A stretch of DNA of 64,000 nt from Lama guanicoe (taxonomy: Eukaryota). The stretch covers positions 4,289,757 to 4,353,756 of the forward strand of contig MU054187.1 in the NCBI GenBank assembly GCA_013239625.1. The letters are read 5' to 3'. This document shows positions 12,770-26,408 of the stretch, piece after piece. Within the stretch, counting starts at the first letter, position 1. The number at the start of each line of letters is the position of its first letter. A program made the translations under genes and the position numbers. The notes under the pieces were generated by a model. That model ran no database searches. It saw nothing but the letters and a program-made list of their open reading frames with translations, and was not told where the DNA came from.

Positions 12770-13230
12770 AATTTTTTAATTTTTAAACTGAAGTATAGTC
12801 AGTTACAATTCGTTCATTTTAACTATCATATAAAAACCTGTTGCATGAATATAAAGCAATATATAACAATGGGTTACTATTCATCTCCCTAAGGATAGAT
12901 GTTTGGGTTATTTTTCACTATTATGAACAGCAGTACTATGAGTATTCATTTTCTTGTTTCCTGTGCATATAATAGAGGGTTTCTCCAGGATATGTACATG
13001 TTCTAGGAGTAGAACAGCACAAGGACATGCATTTTCAGCTTTACTGGGTGTTGGCAAATCGCTCCACAAGTGTTTGTACCAATTTTCACTCCCTCCAGCA
13101 TCCTATGAGAAGTCTATTCCCGGACACCTTCCCTTTCAGTGATTGTGTCATCCTTGTCACTTTTGTCACTCTGGTGTGCATGAAATGACATCTTCTTATT
13201 CTAAATTGCATTTCCCTGAGTAAGAAGGCA
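12770..13230 (-). mobile_element. Old L1 (L1ME-like) 3' fragment with a short young-L1 tip at its left end
   Basis: tgtaccaattttcactccctccagca, ttgcatttccctga motifs; aactgaagtatagtcagttacaat tip. Confidence 0.7.
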
Positions 13231-13914
13231 TTCTTCCCTGTTGCTTAACCTAAAAAAAAAATCGCATTCATGTAAAAAATCTTTTCCCCCCACTGCCGCC
13301 CCGTCCTCACTCAGTTTCCACAGTGATTTCCATGTGTCATGGTTACAATAGTTGCCGCTTTACCCGCAAGCGCTTCTGGGTCTGTCTGACCCTCCCACCG
13401 ATTGCTGAGAAGCTCTGGGACATGACTGTGCGATGCTCGCTCTCCCTGGGCGAAGCTCAGCAGATGCTCGTTGAATTTAAATGCATACTAAATATCTCCC
13501 CTTGCTTTTAAAATTGCATGTAATTTTGCTTAGTTTCGTTACTAATTTACAACTTTCCCCTGCTGTTTTGCCATACAATTGTTCTATTTTTAAAATAAAA
13601 TAACAAGTTAAAACCTCTTATTATATGATCCCAAATGCTGTACACCTGCTTGGTGGAACTACCTTCTGAGTGGACATGGGCATTTAGTATAATGAAAGCA
13701 GTGGCCTTGAGAAGTCATTGTTTAAGTGGAAGTCAATCAAATATAAATGCATATTATGGTTCAAAAGAAAATGCAACTTTTTAGAATTCTACACTGCATA
13801 TTCAGTAGTATAGTTTCACTGCCTCAGTTATTTTAAGGTTAAATCAGGGGAAATGATATCTTTGATGCATGTGTTTAGCAATAATAGTGCTTGTAGAGAA
13901 TGGAGTCACTGCGG

Positions 13915-14090
13915 CGTACTTCTTCAGTGCTTTACTTGCATCCCATCTTCAGGACGACACTGATGTTAGTATTACTGTCAGCGCCATCCCAACGTGACAG
14001 ATTAGAAAGCAAGGGAGAGCACGGTGAGGTAACCTGCCCAAGGCTGAGAGCTGGGGTTGCCACCCACGTGTCCCTTCTCCTGGAGAAGCC
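13915..14090 (-). mobile_element. MIR SINE fragment
   Basis: gtgctttac...acagattagaaa...ggtgaggtaacctgcccaagg. Confidence 0.55.
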
Positions 14091-16119
14091 CGGCTCCTCC
14101 CACTGTGAGTGATCAGCCAAGGCCACGGTGGACACTGAGCACAAAAAATGAAAAAGTAGCTGCACTGCCTTAACTGCTGACATTCCCGTTTTGTCTTTCG
14201 CTTGACTTTGAGTAGGACGATTACATACAGTGATTCCACATCACAGAGAAAGAAGTAGGTGGAGCTTTCGATTGTGTGGTGAGAAATAATCACAAATGCA
14301 GGAGTTTGGGGACAGACTAAGATATTATAGCAAAATCTTCCGGTGGCTTCTTCTGAATTGCATCCTTAGAACACCATGTGCTGTTATGAAATACATTTCA
14401 AGCCTAAAATCGACTTTCAAGCATGAGCTATTCTCGAACAGTCTTCAAATGAGCTTTTCTGAAGGAATCACTGTTCCAGGAATATGTAGGCATCCAAACC
14501 TCAGTCAAGTAGCTATGAAAAATCATCTCCAGTGAAGAGTGAGTAGTGATAACACAGAAAACAGCAGAAGTGTCTACAGGCAGGAAACATTGCTGGGGAG
14601 CAGGCCTGGGGTCTGGACACCTGGACGCCTACGAAAATGGAGAGGAGCTGGGGTGTGGGAACAAAACTTAATTTTTCTCATAAATAGGGTTTCATAATGA
14701 AATATTCAGAGCGTAGCCCCTCTGGCGGCTGCTAGCGCTAGTGTGCTGTTGGAATTAGCCCAGTGCAAAATCTTAACAGTTGCCTTCAAGTTAATTAACC
14801 CCTTGATTGCATACCTGAGTGCCTGGACATACACAAGGAACATACGTACACCCAGTTTTACGAAAGTGCAGGCTTTCAGCGCATGTGAGAATCTAACATG
14901 CCCCCCCAATTCCACGACTCCCCTGTCTCCCTTGGTGGTGTTTAAGGATGCTTGCGTATGGAACAGGCATTCACTGAGCTCCAGCAAGTAAGGATTCTTT
15001 AAAATTCAGTCTATGTATATCTTCTTAGAAAACAGGGGAAAAGATCTTTATACCATTTTACTGGTTAAAAAAAAAAATTTCAGGCTCAGAAAAATTCTCA
15101 TGTAACATGTTCCTTCTCATTTTAGACTCTCTTTCCAGGTGACTCACACGTGAAAATAAATACTGCCAGTTTTCTTTGCCTGCATCCTGCAATCCTCACC
15201 TCCTCACTCATCCCTTCGGGAAAAACAAAAACAATAACAAAGCAAGGCTGCCGTGTACTTGGGAGCCATCGTCTAAGCACCTTGGAGCAGCTGGAGAGGC
15301 AGAGGGAAGAAGGCAGCCAGAGAGACAGGAACGGGTCCAGAGTGGTCCAGCCAGACAGTTCTCCAAACCCCAATTCACCAAAAGGAAAGATCTTGCCCCC
15401 GCGGGGCCCTGAGATTTTTATTTTCTTTTAGTTTTTAGTTTGGAACTGGAATCAGGATCATGTAAATTTTGCAGTTTCCTCCATAATAAATGCATGAGGT
15501 TTTGCATCCATGAATATTCATGCATGACCTCGTCGAAAGGGCAAACAAGCAAACAAACTTCCTCACACTCTTCACGCCCCTGGCAGCGCCGCCTGCCTTC
15601 TCGGGGCAGCCTCACACCTTGCCTTCCCTCCTTTTCTCTTATTTCTTCCGACGGAGAAGCAGAGATAGAGGCAGAAGAGCTTCCAGCTTAGGAGAAAGAT
15701 TTTAAAGAGCAATGCTCATGCTTATCAAGAATTATTCCTTCAGGATGAGCTGTTACAATGACGGAGCCTGGTAACCCGAGGGCCCTCTGCTCCCAGCCAG
15801 TGTTTTCCAGACTCACAGTTTTATAAAAACTTGATTAAATGTGTAGCTCTATAAAAAAATAATTCATTGTACTTACCTAGTACTGCTGAGTGTTTAAGAG
15901 TTCTGGTCATACTTCATACTGGAATTCATGTGCTCCACTTGATGATCGAGAGAGAACTGTCTTCTGGAAAAGGGTGGCAAAGCAAGGTTAAACCCACCTG
16001 CGAAGCGTACGAGCGGGAAGAGATGCACTTTCTGACGGCGTCATTGAATATTGCTGGGGACGCGTGGGGAGTGGAAAGCGACTGGAAAGCCTAATATTCA
16101 GACTGAGCTGCAGAATTAC

Positions 16120-16600
16120 TTTTAACCGAGCAGGGGTAGAAAGAAAGCGGAGATGTTTTTATGGAGCGGCTTAGGCGTTCCTTCTCCGGCGGCAACGCTG
16201 TGGCGGAGGGATGGCGGTTCCGCGCACCTCCGGCGCTTCCCGACCCCACGACGAGAGACTTCAGAAGGATCTCGGCGGACTGTCTTACGTCAGCGTCCCC
16301 GGATACACACCTGGCGACAGGGCTGTGTCTGCAAGGGCTGACGCGCGCTCCCTGGAGAGGCCGGCGCAGCGGCGCAGGGAGCAGCGCAGGCGAGGGCTGA
16401 GCTCCCGCGGCGGCCTGTGGGCGCGAGCCTGCCCGGCGCTTCCGCGATGTAAGTGTTACCTGACAGCATCCGGATCCGAGGCCAGAAGGCTGGGCTTTCC
16501 TGCTTCTCTGGGATGCTTCAGCCCCAGGCGCAGGTCGCCCCCGTGGAATGGAGGTGGGCAGGGGGCTCCGGAAGGCTGAGCGCAGGCCCCAGAAACAATA
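16120..16600. promoter_or_regulatory. CpG island / candidate promoter
   Basis: Locally high GC with dense CpG; CRE-like TTACGTCA 16285-16292; splice-donor-like motifs on both strands (minus GTAAGA 16283-16288, plus GTAAGT 16449-16454). Confidence 0.75.
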
Positions 16601-17334
16601 AAGGGGCTCAAAGTGATGTAGGCAGGACCCCCCACCCCCAGTGTCCAAAACAAGGCGACAGGGAGTCTGCAGCTAGGCTAAAAAAATTTATCTTATATGT
16701 CAACATTTCTAAACACGTACCAAGAGGGAGAAAAAAATGCAATGGAGGAGGTAAAGAAGATAGCCCCTGAATTTGAAAAATGTAGGACTGAATAAAATTA
16801 AATAGAAGACTTCTCTGCAGGTCTTTTGTGAGCCTTTGCGGCACCTGTGGGCATTTCGAGTCAAACTGCAAACCCTTTTTATAGGAATATCTCTTGGGAT
16901 ACGTTCTGTGAGCTGTGGCTCGGGAAATGCTACTGTGAGCAAGAGACAGTTACAGGCTTTTAAAGTGACATCATCTGACCGAGATTTAAGGTACAGAGCG
17001 GAAAGGGAGGGACCAGAGAAGGAGAGAGATCACAGACACTGAAATCAGCCTGCCTACTGCAGAGGTCCAGGAAAAATGCGATCACATCGTGAGATAAACA
17101 AGCAAGTGGCACAAGGAAACAGAGAAGGAAGGGAGTCTGGGCATCTTGTAGTGAGCATTATCATGACTAAAAGGCCCGTGAGGCAGTAAGGAAACGGCAG
17201 ATTCTGAGGTTTGCGATTCAAGTTAACTTTCTAAGTGATGAAGCCTAGTCATGATGGAGAATTTATAATGAGGCTACTCAGGAAGGTTAAAATCTGAAAA
17301 CGATGTGCAGATGTGTGGTAAACAAAGAAGATGG

Positions 17335-17705
17335 CGCTGTGGCTAGGGACTCGCCGGCGTTGGGTGGTAAGAACCACAGCCTGGGTGGCTTACACGGCAG
17401 GAATTTGTCTCCTCCCAGGTCTGGGTGCTGGAAGCCCAAGATCAAAGTGTTGGGAGGACTGGTTCCTGGCGAAGCTTCTCCCTTCAGCTTGTAGACTCCC
17501 GCCTGCTCTGTGTCCTCGCGCAGCTTTCCTCTGTGTCTCTTCTTCCTCGTATAAGGGACACCAGTCAGGCTGGATTAGAGCCCCACCCTTATAACCTCGT
17601 GTAACCCCAGTTACCTTCTTTAAGGCCCTTTCTCCAAATATAGGCACATTGTGGGGGTTAGGGCTTCAACAGATGAATTTGGGGAGCATGATTCAGTCCA
17701 TCAGA
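17335..17705 (-). mobile_element. MaLR MLT1A-like solo LTR
   Basis: accacagcctgggtggctta...aagatcaaagtg...ataagggacaccagtca...ggggttagggcttcaacagatgaattt. Confidence 0.85.
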
Positions 17706-18549
17706 GGGTGCTAGTTGGAGCTGAAAAGAATTGTGAAGATGCCCAGACAGCTGATGGAGAACGGAGCCCCGGGAACCCCCAGCCTTTGAGAGCAGAGGGA
17801 GGAAGCAGAGCCGGCCCTGCAGGACCACCAGCCCCAGGAGACCTGAGCGGCACACTTACTGCTCCGTGCTTCTGTTCCTTCGCCTGTAAACAGGGAAGTG
17901 CAGTGATTGTCTTTGTTTATGAAGATTTTATGAAAATTACATGTTTTATTAGTCAGAGTCCACACAATATTTGCAAACACAAAGTTGAATCATTTAGGTT
18001 GCACTTTGTATTTGCAAATGCTTGTGTTTGAGTGATTGCAGGTGAAGTGTGTTGGAATGACTGACAGAGGGTTGGCGACGAGGAGCCGGCTGCTGAGCGG
18101 GAAGGGGATGACGAGAGGGTGGGAGCAACTGATGTGAGGATAAGCCTGGCTCCAAGGGCTCTGGGAAGATCACCCCCCCCCGCCCCCGACCTCCACCTGC
18201 TACAACCCAGACCCGGTGCAGGAGGCACAGCTGCGACTCACCGATAGCAGGGAAGGCACTCACTATTGGGACTTGCTGGAAATCTCCTCTCTTGGGGAGG
18301 AGGGGCAAGGGAGACTTTCCACAGGGCGCTGCAGAGCCGAGGGGCTCACCAGGTGCTGGGAGGCCGCTGGCCACTGGGCGCAGCTGGATGAGTCTTCACG
18401 TCTCTCTGGGCAGGTCAGTCCTGCCAGGCCCCAGGCAGGTGTCTGGGATGAAGGCCAGACGCTGGGATATAGGAGTACCCTGTAAGCGCTGGCTTTTTGC
18501 TACTGCCACCGTTACTACTGCTAGCACTCCTGCTTCGGTCACTGTTCCA

Positions 18550-18770
18550 CAGTGGTTACGAGCTACAGCTGTGGAGATGGGCCATCCTGGGTTCGCATCC
18601 ATCTGCTGCTCGTTAGCTGTGGGATACTGGGCACGTGACGTCACCAGCTCAAGCCTCGGTTTCATCATCTGTGCAATGGACACCATGACAGTCTTCACCT
18701 TCTAGATTTGCAAAGAACACAAATGGGTACCTAACAGTAAATTGTCTTCCACAGGGCTTCTGGCACGTGG
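18550..18770 (+). mobile_element. MIR SINE
   Basis: ctgggttcgcatcc...ttagctgtgggatactgggca...agcctcggtttcatcatctgtgcaatgg (CORE region). Confidence 0.75.
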
Positions 18771-20459
18771 TGATGGACTTTATACACGGATTTTTAAATT
18801 TTTACTTTAAAAAAATACATTAGATCACTTTCTTTCCACCAAAAGTTCCTTGGCAGTGCGTGTCAAGCTGGAGGAAAGGATGTCGTGAGGCAGTGGCAAG
18901 CGGAGTGACTGTAAGCCGAGTGAGCCTTCACGTGCTCGATCCGCCTTATCTGTCTCTTGGGTCTGCGGCGGCAAGACTGAGTTTAACCTGACGCCTCACT
19001 TATGCAGTGCATACTGTGGATAAGAGTTCTTATTCAGTTCAGAACTTTTGAGATAGTGAAATTTGTGAGGTGTCTTACAAGCCAGTAGCAAATGTATTTA
19101 TTGATCACCGTGCCCTCCACACTCCCACATCAAATCCTGTTATAGAAGCTTCTGCAGTTCCATGTCGGAAAACTGAAATGACTGAGTCACCAAATCACAC
19201 TAAATAAGCTCTCTGGTTTGTGTGCAAACTTGGATGTAGGCGTCTTCTGTATAATCCGGTGATGATCTTAACTGAAACATAATTTCTTCTTTCTAGTTTT
19301 AGTGATTATATTTTCAGGGGCCACCTATTTTCAGACACATCATGAAATCTGAGGATGGATAGACCTGGTGAACACATTCTGCCTGCTGCATGGAACAGGT
19401 TCAATTCCAGGTCGCATAATGCTCTGTTTCTTGGTTGATCCATTATGGGTACCTACCGCAACCCACGCGCTCACCGATCTCAGCTCTGCTCAGCTGAGCG
19501 TGGGCAGGTCCAAAGCAGAGGCCTATCAAAAAACAATTAGTTTAGGTAAATCTATGACTAGTCACCGAGGTCGCCCCCTTTCAGGGGATAGTCAAGGACT
19601 TTGGGTGGCACTGTTAAATTAGTTGCTGTTCTCTAGCTAAGTGACAAAACTAATGAATTTCAGAATCACAATGTATCATTACCCAGAAACAGCAGTTCTT
19701 TGAATTCCTTATTCCTTTGCTTTAATCTCTTTCCCTGTAGTTAGTGCTCATAAATTATTGATTTCAATATAAATGAGAGTTCAGTTCACCCAACCCATCC
19801 AAATAGCTGTAAAGTTGTTTTAACAAAGGGAAATAAGTCCCTGCATTTCTCGTTGTTTTGTAATTACTGTTAGTCACTCACCACTTTCCTATTTGCAGCA
19901 GGTTATTTGAAAACAAGCAACAATCTTCAGTTAAATATTCATCCAAACAAGGTTTAGAATTGTTGGCAGAACAGTTACTCAGAACGTTACAGCCCGTGGC
20001 GAAACAGTTACTAAAATAAACGTCCAAACAGAAATATGATAAAGAATGAGGACGCTTTTGTCATAACTGTAAAATTAAAACGGGCGCCCCTTGCTCTCCG
20101 CCGTGGTAGAGCGGGAGCATTAGAAATGGCAGAACAAGAAGAATGGTTTCTATTTTCCTGTGGAAACTATGTTGATCCTAGCTGTTGTGTGAGCAATCGG
20201 GAATCTAATATGAAATGAATCACATATGATGAATTCTCCTTCCTAACAGTACATATGTGACTCTAGACATCTGTAACCAATTCCTGTATTACTACAATCC
20301 TCCAGGGTCTGGGAAATAAGTGTAGCCATTTCTTCACTTCCGCTATCCACTGTATTTCCGTGTCCTACAAGTGTATATAAATAGTTTCTAAAACATGTAA
20401 CATTACTGCATCATACTTGGAGGTAAATGTTCTCCCTGCATGTTAAAGAGGGCTCTAAA

Positions 20460-20745
20460 TCCTTTGATCGGCCTTCCATGGAGAGGTGGGGCGTTTCCCC
20501 CCCCTGAATCCAGGCTGGCCGGTGACCGCTCTGTTGTAACCAGTGCAGAGGACTGGATGCTGCACCAGCTCAGGGCTCACCCTTGAACAGGACTGACAGC
20601 TTCCGCCTCAATCTCTTGGAAACTTAAGCTGCCTTGTAAGACTGACTACCTGCGGGAGAAACCACAAGAGAAACCCTGAGACTACCCCGCACGCAACGCT
20701 CTGAGCCACCCCGAACGTCAGCTGACAACGCTGAGTGACCCCGGC
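20460..20745 (+). mobile_element. MaLR MLT1 (F/G/H-like) LTR fragment
   Basis: catggagaggtggggc...cctgaatccaggctggcc...gacagcttccgcctc...ctcttggaa. Confidence 0.55.
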
Positions 20746-20965
20746 CATCGCTCTCTTTCTCCTTCTCTCTCTCTCTCTCAAAACCCAGGTGTTTGGCATC
20801 TCACCAACATCATCCATGACCTTGTGGACGGGGGGCAAAATGAGCGGAGAGACAGAGGAAGCAGTTTTACTGAAAGCACCGCAGGGAAAAAACCAATGAC
20901 AAAGCAGGAAACAGCACAAGCCTGATTGATGTCCCTGCATTTTTCTCACCCTCAGCCTCTTCCCC

Positions 20966-21290
20966 AACACTCTCACACACACACACACTCACACACACAC
21001 TCTCACACGCACACACTCTCACACACACACACACACTCACACACACACTCTCACGCACACACTCTCACACACACACACTCACACACACACTCTCACACGC
21101 ACACACTCTCACACACACACTCACGCACACACTCTCACACACTCACACACACATTCACACACACTCACACACACACAAACTCACTCACACATTCACACAC
21201 ACACTCACACACACTCACACACATGCTCACACACACACACTCTCGCACACACACTCACACACACAAACTCACTCACACACTCACACCTGC
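20966..21290. repeat. Compound (CA)n/(CACT)n microsatellite, ~320 bp
   Basis: Directly visible; produces the spurious HTHS-rich ORF 20926-21417. Confidence 0.97.
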
Positions 21291-23799
21291 TCATACAGGA
21301 GCGCCTGCTCCCATTGGCTGGCTGTCTTTTTTAACTCCTTCTCCTGCCCGTCTCTGCGGGAGACTCCAGAAGGGGAGCTGGAGCAAGTGTCCCGGGGGTC
21401 AAGGTCTGGGATTGTGAAGCTCTGTCCCCTTGTCACTTCCATGATGGCCTCCCTCCCTTTTTAATAGTCAAGAGAGCATGGCTTTAGGCTCTATTGTAGT
21501 TTCCATTTCTAAACAAAGAAAAGAAAGAGAGAGGGAAGGAGGGAATAAGGGCGGGAAGACGGGGGAGGGCGGGAGAGGGGGGAGGGAGGAAGGGAGAAAA
21601 TCAACCTATAAACACACAAGTCATGAAGACCGGCCCTTTTCAGCAGCTGGGAGCCCCCAGAGCGGGTTTGTTTCGTTTCCTTTCGTTTCTGTTGGGAGGC
21701 AGAGCCGTGTAGACATGATGGTTCCCTTGGCGGACACAAGAGAAGCAAGTGGAGAATGAACGCAGGTTCATTCTGAAGGGACATGCAGGTTGGTAGCTAA
21801 AAGCAGATTTTGATTAGCAATAGAAAGATTCTTCTAAGGAATCATTTCCTTATTGTATTTTCACGTTGATCCACAAGTAAAGCAAATGGCGTGCCCTCTG
21901 AAAAGAGAGAACAGACTGTTCAAACCGATCTGTTCCTGAAGCAGCTGAAGCAGATTATTGAGGGCTGCACACTGGCCATCGGTGATGGCCGCCCCTCCGC
22001 CCTCCCAGGGCCTGGGGACAAGGGGCACAGTCGGTCAGCAGCCTCAGTGGGCGCCTGCGTGTCCCGGGGCTGCATGATGACAGCTGACGTCAGCAGGGTC
22101 TGTCCTAAAAGAGCATCTGACTGGGTCAGCAGTGACCACGCACACACAGGAAGGCGTAGGCACGGACACAAGAGTGAGTGAGTAATTGTTAACAGTGACC
22201 CTATGATGTCTCAGACCCCTACACGCAAAGCATCACACCAGAAACCTCCCACTGCAGACAGTGTGGCCAAGAAGGACTTCATGGAAGAGGGGAAACTTGT
22301 TTAAGTTAAAAAAACATATACTGAAAAGTAAATCTTTGTGTGCGGCTGTTCAGCTCCACAGATCTAAAAATCTGTGCTTTTTACAGTTACACCCTGTGGA
22401 CCAAGAGACCAAATCTGAGGGTCACGGTTAATTAGTTCTGCATTGTGTGTTTGGTTGCCCTTTGAGATGTTAGTTATGTCACCACAAAAAAATGACAGTA
22501 AATTATAATTATTACTATTGTTCAAACATTTATTTTCTTTTTTAAATAAGGCACTTCTGGTCAGAGATGCACAGGGCCCAAGCTTTCTTACAGTCTTATT
22601 TAAAGAAGTACACTTCCCACTTTATGGGAAATGAAATAACTCAACTAATTGTCTGCCTAACAGGACTTTGAGTAAACAATAGGTTTTTAACAGAGGGTTA
22701 TTGAATCAATGGATACCAATCAATGTGTTTATGCTACACAGGTTACTGCGCCCCACTGAGGACAAGAAGCAGTGTATCTCTGAAAGGGGTAAAAATTTCT
22801 CCCTCAATGAGAAACGCTCTGTTTCCATGTTCTGGGCGGGCGGGGGGAAGCAGCAGCAGTGAGGGACCTCCTAAGTGCCCGGGGGCTTGGCTTCTGAGAT
22901 TCACTCAACAAACCTGATGTAAGTAGTGGAGATAAAATGCCACGGTAACTTGAAGAGGAAGACTGGCCATGGTATCGTGTGAATTTCATTTATATTATGG
23001 TGTATCTGGTCAAAAAAGGCTGAAATCCACTTGCTAGCTGGTAGCGTGAACATATTTGAGTCAAATGTCATCATTTGGGTCGCTGGGCAGGGTTGGCCAC
23101 AAATGGAGTTCCAGGAAGGACGAGGTCATGAGTAAACCTGGTTGGGGCTCAGAGCCCAGGAGGCCCTGGCCCAGGGATTTAGTCTGTCCAATCCAAGCAG
23201 GGGGCTTACCCACAGTGTAGCAATTGCTTTGTAGTAACCTGATGCCAAATCACATGACCCCTCCTTCTGTGCTGATCCGTCCCCATTAGGCACATTTCCA
23301 GCTAAACTTTGAAGTCCCCTCAAGTTCATGTACAGCTGGAGAAGGTGCCAAGCAGAGAAACCAACTACCCAATCTCCTTGGCAATTAGCTTCACCATCTC
23401 ATGAGCTTGTGTGATGTGAATCTGGAGAATTGGATCCACTGTGGCGACAGAAATCCCTCAGGGCAAGGTGGGCTCTCCAGGGCACGTGGCACCTGGAATG
23501 CCTTATTGGTGGGCAGGCAGGCAACATGCTCTGGGATTCAAACAGGTCTACACTTACAAACCAAATTAAAACATGAAGCCAATAACTAGCTAATCATCCA
23601 AAAATTATTATTGACATGGAGCTACAGGGACCAGCATACTGAAGTGGCTGAAAGGAAGAACGTTAGCTCTGGACTGCCTGGAAAATGTGCCTCAGTTTCT
23701 TTATTTCTAAAATGGGGTTACTCAAAGTGTTGAGCTAATTGGACTGTGAAGATTAAAAGATTTAATTTCTTTTTTATTATATTTTTAGTAAATTTTTGT

Positions 23800-24490
23800 T
23801 AACTACCTCCATCCAATCCCCTCTCTCCCACCTCCTACCTCTGGTAACCACAAAGCTGGTCTCTTTTTCAATAGGTTTGTTTTCAAAGTATAATTGACCT
23901 ACTATGTTAGTTCCTGGTGCACAACATAGTCACTCAACATTTCTGTACATTACAGAATGTCACCAAGGAAAGTCTGGTTACTATCTGTTACCGTACAAAA
24001 AAATTACATAATTACTGACTGTAGTCCCCATGCTGTACATTTCAGATCTACAACTCGTTTATTTTGTAACTGGAAGTTTGTGCCTTTAAATCTCCCTCAT
24101 CCATTTCTCTCACACACCCATCCACCCTTCCCCTCTGGTAATTGCCTGTTTGTTCTCTGTATCTGTGACTCTGTTTCTGTTTAGTTTGTTTGTTCATTTG
24201 TTTTGCTTTTAGATTCCACATGTAACTGAATTCATATATTATTTTTCTTTCTCTGTCTGACTTATTTAACTTAGCATAATAATACCCTATAGGTCCATCC
24301 ATGTTGTTGCAATTAACAAGACTTTATTCTTTTTTTACGGCTGAATAATATTCATGTGTGTGTGTGTTTGTGTGTGTGTGTTCTTTATCCATTCATCTAT
24401 TGATGGGCACTTAGGTTTATTCCATATGTTGGCTATGGTAAATAGTGCTGCAATGAACATGGGGTTCATATGTCTTATCAATTTAGTGTT
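23800..24490 (-). mobile_element. L1 (L1MA9-like) 3' UTR and ORF2-end fragment
   Basis: tttagattccacatgtaa, tgacttatttaacttagcataat, ttctttatccattcatctattgatgggcacttagg. Confidence 0.9.
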
Positions 24491-25919
24491 TTTGTTTTAT
24501 TCAAATAAACAAAGAATAAATGATTTACTTTCTATAAAGTACTTAGAATAAGTACCCGACCCACAGTAAGCATTATCTAAATGCTTTCTATTATTATCAC
24601 TGTTTTATTTAGTCAGTAGGTGAAGGATCAGCTCCTTAATAATGAGTTTGCCAAAACATGGGTTTCTTAGGCTAGCCTTTTAATTATATATTAATTTCAA
24701 ATATGTTTAAGATCTAAGGTATTAGTATCTTTTCATAACAGTAAGATTTATTTCTTGAGTAGGAAAATATCTTTTATCTTGAACTTGTTGTCTGATGTAG
24801 ATTCAAAAACATTTTTTAATTCATAATTGCGAGTTGTATTACTTTGCTGTTCTTTCATTTGAAGTATGTAGAAAGGTCTGATGGTGACAATGAAATCAAA
24901 ATAACCTGCAGGGAAAGTTCCTAATTAGATTATTTTTCCTACATTGAGATTCTAGCGGAGAAAACCACATTTAGAGCAGAGCAGTTTATTGATAGAAATA
25001 ATGCATAAGGAAAAAAACTGAATTACAGCTGGTGAGGATGTGAGATGCAGGGAACTGAAGTTTGGATGTGAGTTCTCACTGATGAGAACCTAGTGGACAT
25101 GTTTTACTGTGAGATGGAAAGGGAGAGACAGCAGAGGTTTATTGGAGCCACACAGGATTTGTAGAAGCTTTACAGCAGTAACAGCAAAAAAACCAAAACA
25201 AAACAAACAAAAAAAACACTCATAATGCAGAGGTCAACCCAGTTTTATCTGGAAAAACCCCCAAGATATCCCACAGTGACAGGAGAACTCAAATGCTTTA
25301 CAGTCGTTTCCTGTCACACCTGTTGCATGTGTCTGGGCGTGCTGGATAATGAGTGGGTAATTTAGGGGCCTAAGTATAGTCAACTTTAAAAACAAACAAA
25401 CAAAAAAACACCATAACCACTATTTGAAACTGTTACCCTTTCTCCATGGCTGTCAAACTTTTTTTTTTTTTAATAGCCCGGAAGTCTGGGTCCTGCCCCA
25501 GAGTGTAAATAAATAACGACACAGGTCACAGGTCTAAATATAGTAAGTTCCTTTAGTAACAAAAGAATAGAGAAGTTTTTCATCTGAACATTTTTCTTTC
25601 TTTGGGTACTTTGTATTTAGGGGTTAGGCCAACAATGCGTCCAATAGCAGCTTTTCATGGTCCTGTGAACTGCAACATTCAGCTCCATAATACATTGTAA
25701 ATCCATTCAGTGGATGGGGAAATGCTTTTTCACCATAAGCACATAAGACAGTTACGTCTGCCTGAGCCACCCCCCCCCCATACACACAATTCTAGCTACT
25801 GAAAGCTGTTACCGTGTGGCAATGAGTCTTAGCAATCAAAGCACCCCCCCCCCCACTGCCGTTGTTTAGGGCGGTCTCCTCGGGACCCAGACTGAAATGT
25901 TGCCTCCCCGGGCTGACCC

Positions 25920-26082
25920 CTCTCCAGCCCGCATTTCCTGATTTCTCCGGTGCAGCCAGAGCTGCCCGGGAATAGCTCCGACAAACCGCTCAGCTGCGGC
26001 TTGGGGAAGATCTCCCCACTGCATAGGTTATAAAAAGGGGGTCACAAGGGGGCCAGGCACCCTGTCCTGCACTCAGGTGAGT
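25920..26082 (+). promoter_or_regulatory. Candidate TATA-box promoter with 18-nt first exon and consensus donor
   Basis: TATAAAAAG at 26029-26037; CA initiator-like A at 26059 (+30); CAG|GTGAGT donor at 26076/26077. Confidence 0.55.
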
Positions 26083-26408
26083 TAGCAAGTGCTCCTGGGA
26101 ACACACTGGCCTTGCTATTTCAGGGAAGCACTGAGCACAAACCTCAACACGGTGGCAGATTCGCAGGAAAGGTCTGAAAAGTCACAACGCCAAACAAGCA
26201 TGAGGTCATCTTCAAATCTTTTATTCTCCAAGAGGAAGGACCGCTTTTCCTTTCTTTAAGCTTGCTGTGCAAAAAAGTGCTATTATCTGTAGTCTTGTTC
26301 TATGTGATTCTAACCACACACACGCACAAAATATTTCCAATATCTAAATATACATCCTGCCCAAACACACAAGACATTGAGCTAACATTTCTTTTTAGCA
26401 AATTACAG

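Noticed and set aside
16091..16770. Overlapping 100-185 aa ORFs at the CpG island
   Set aside because: Stop codons are scarce in GC-rich DNA; the ORFs are Arg/Ala/Gly/Pro-rich on both strands with no recognisable homology.
20926..21417. 163-aa His/Thr/Ser-rich ORF
   Set aside because: Translation of the CA microsatellite; not a gene.
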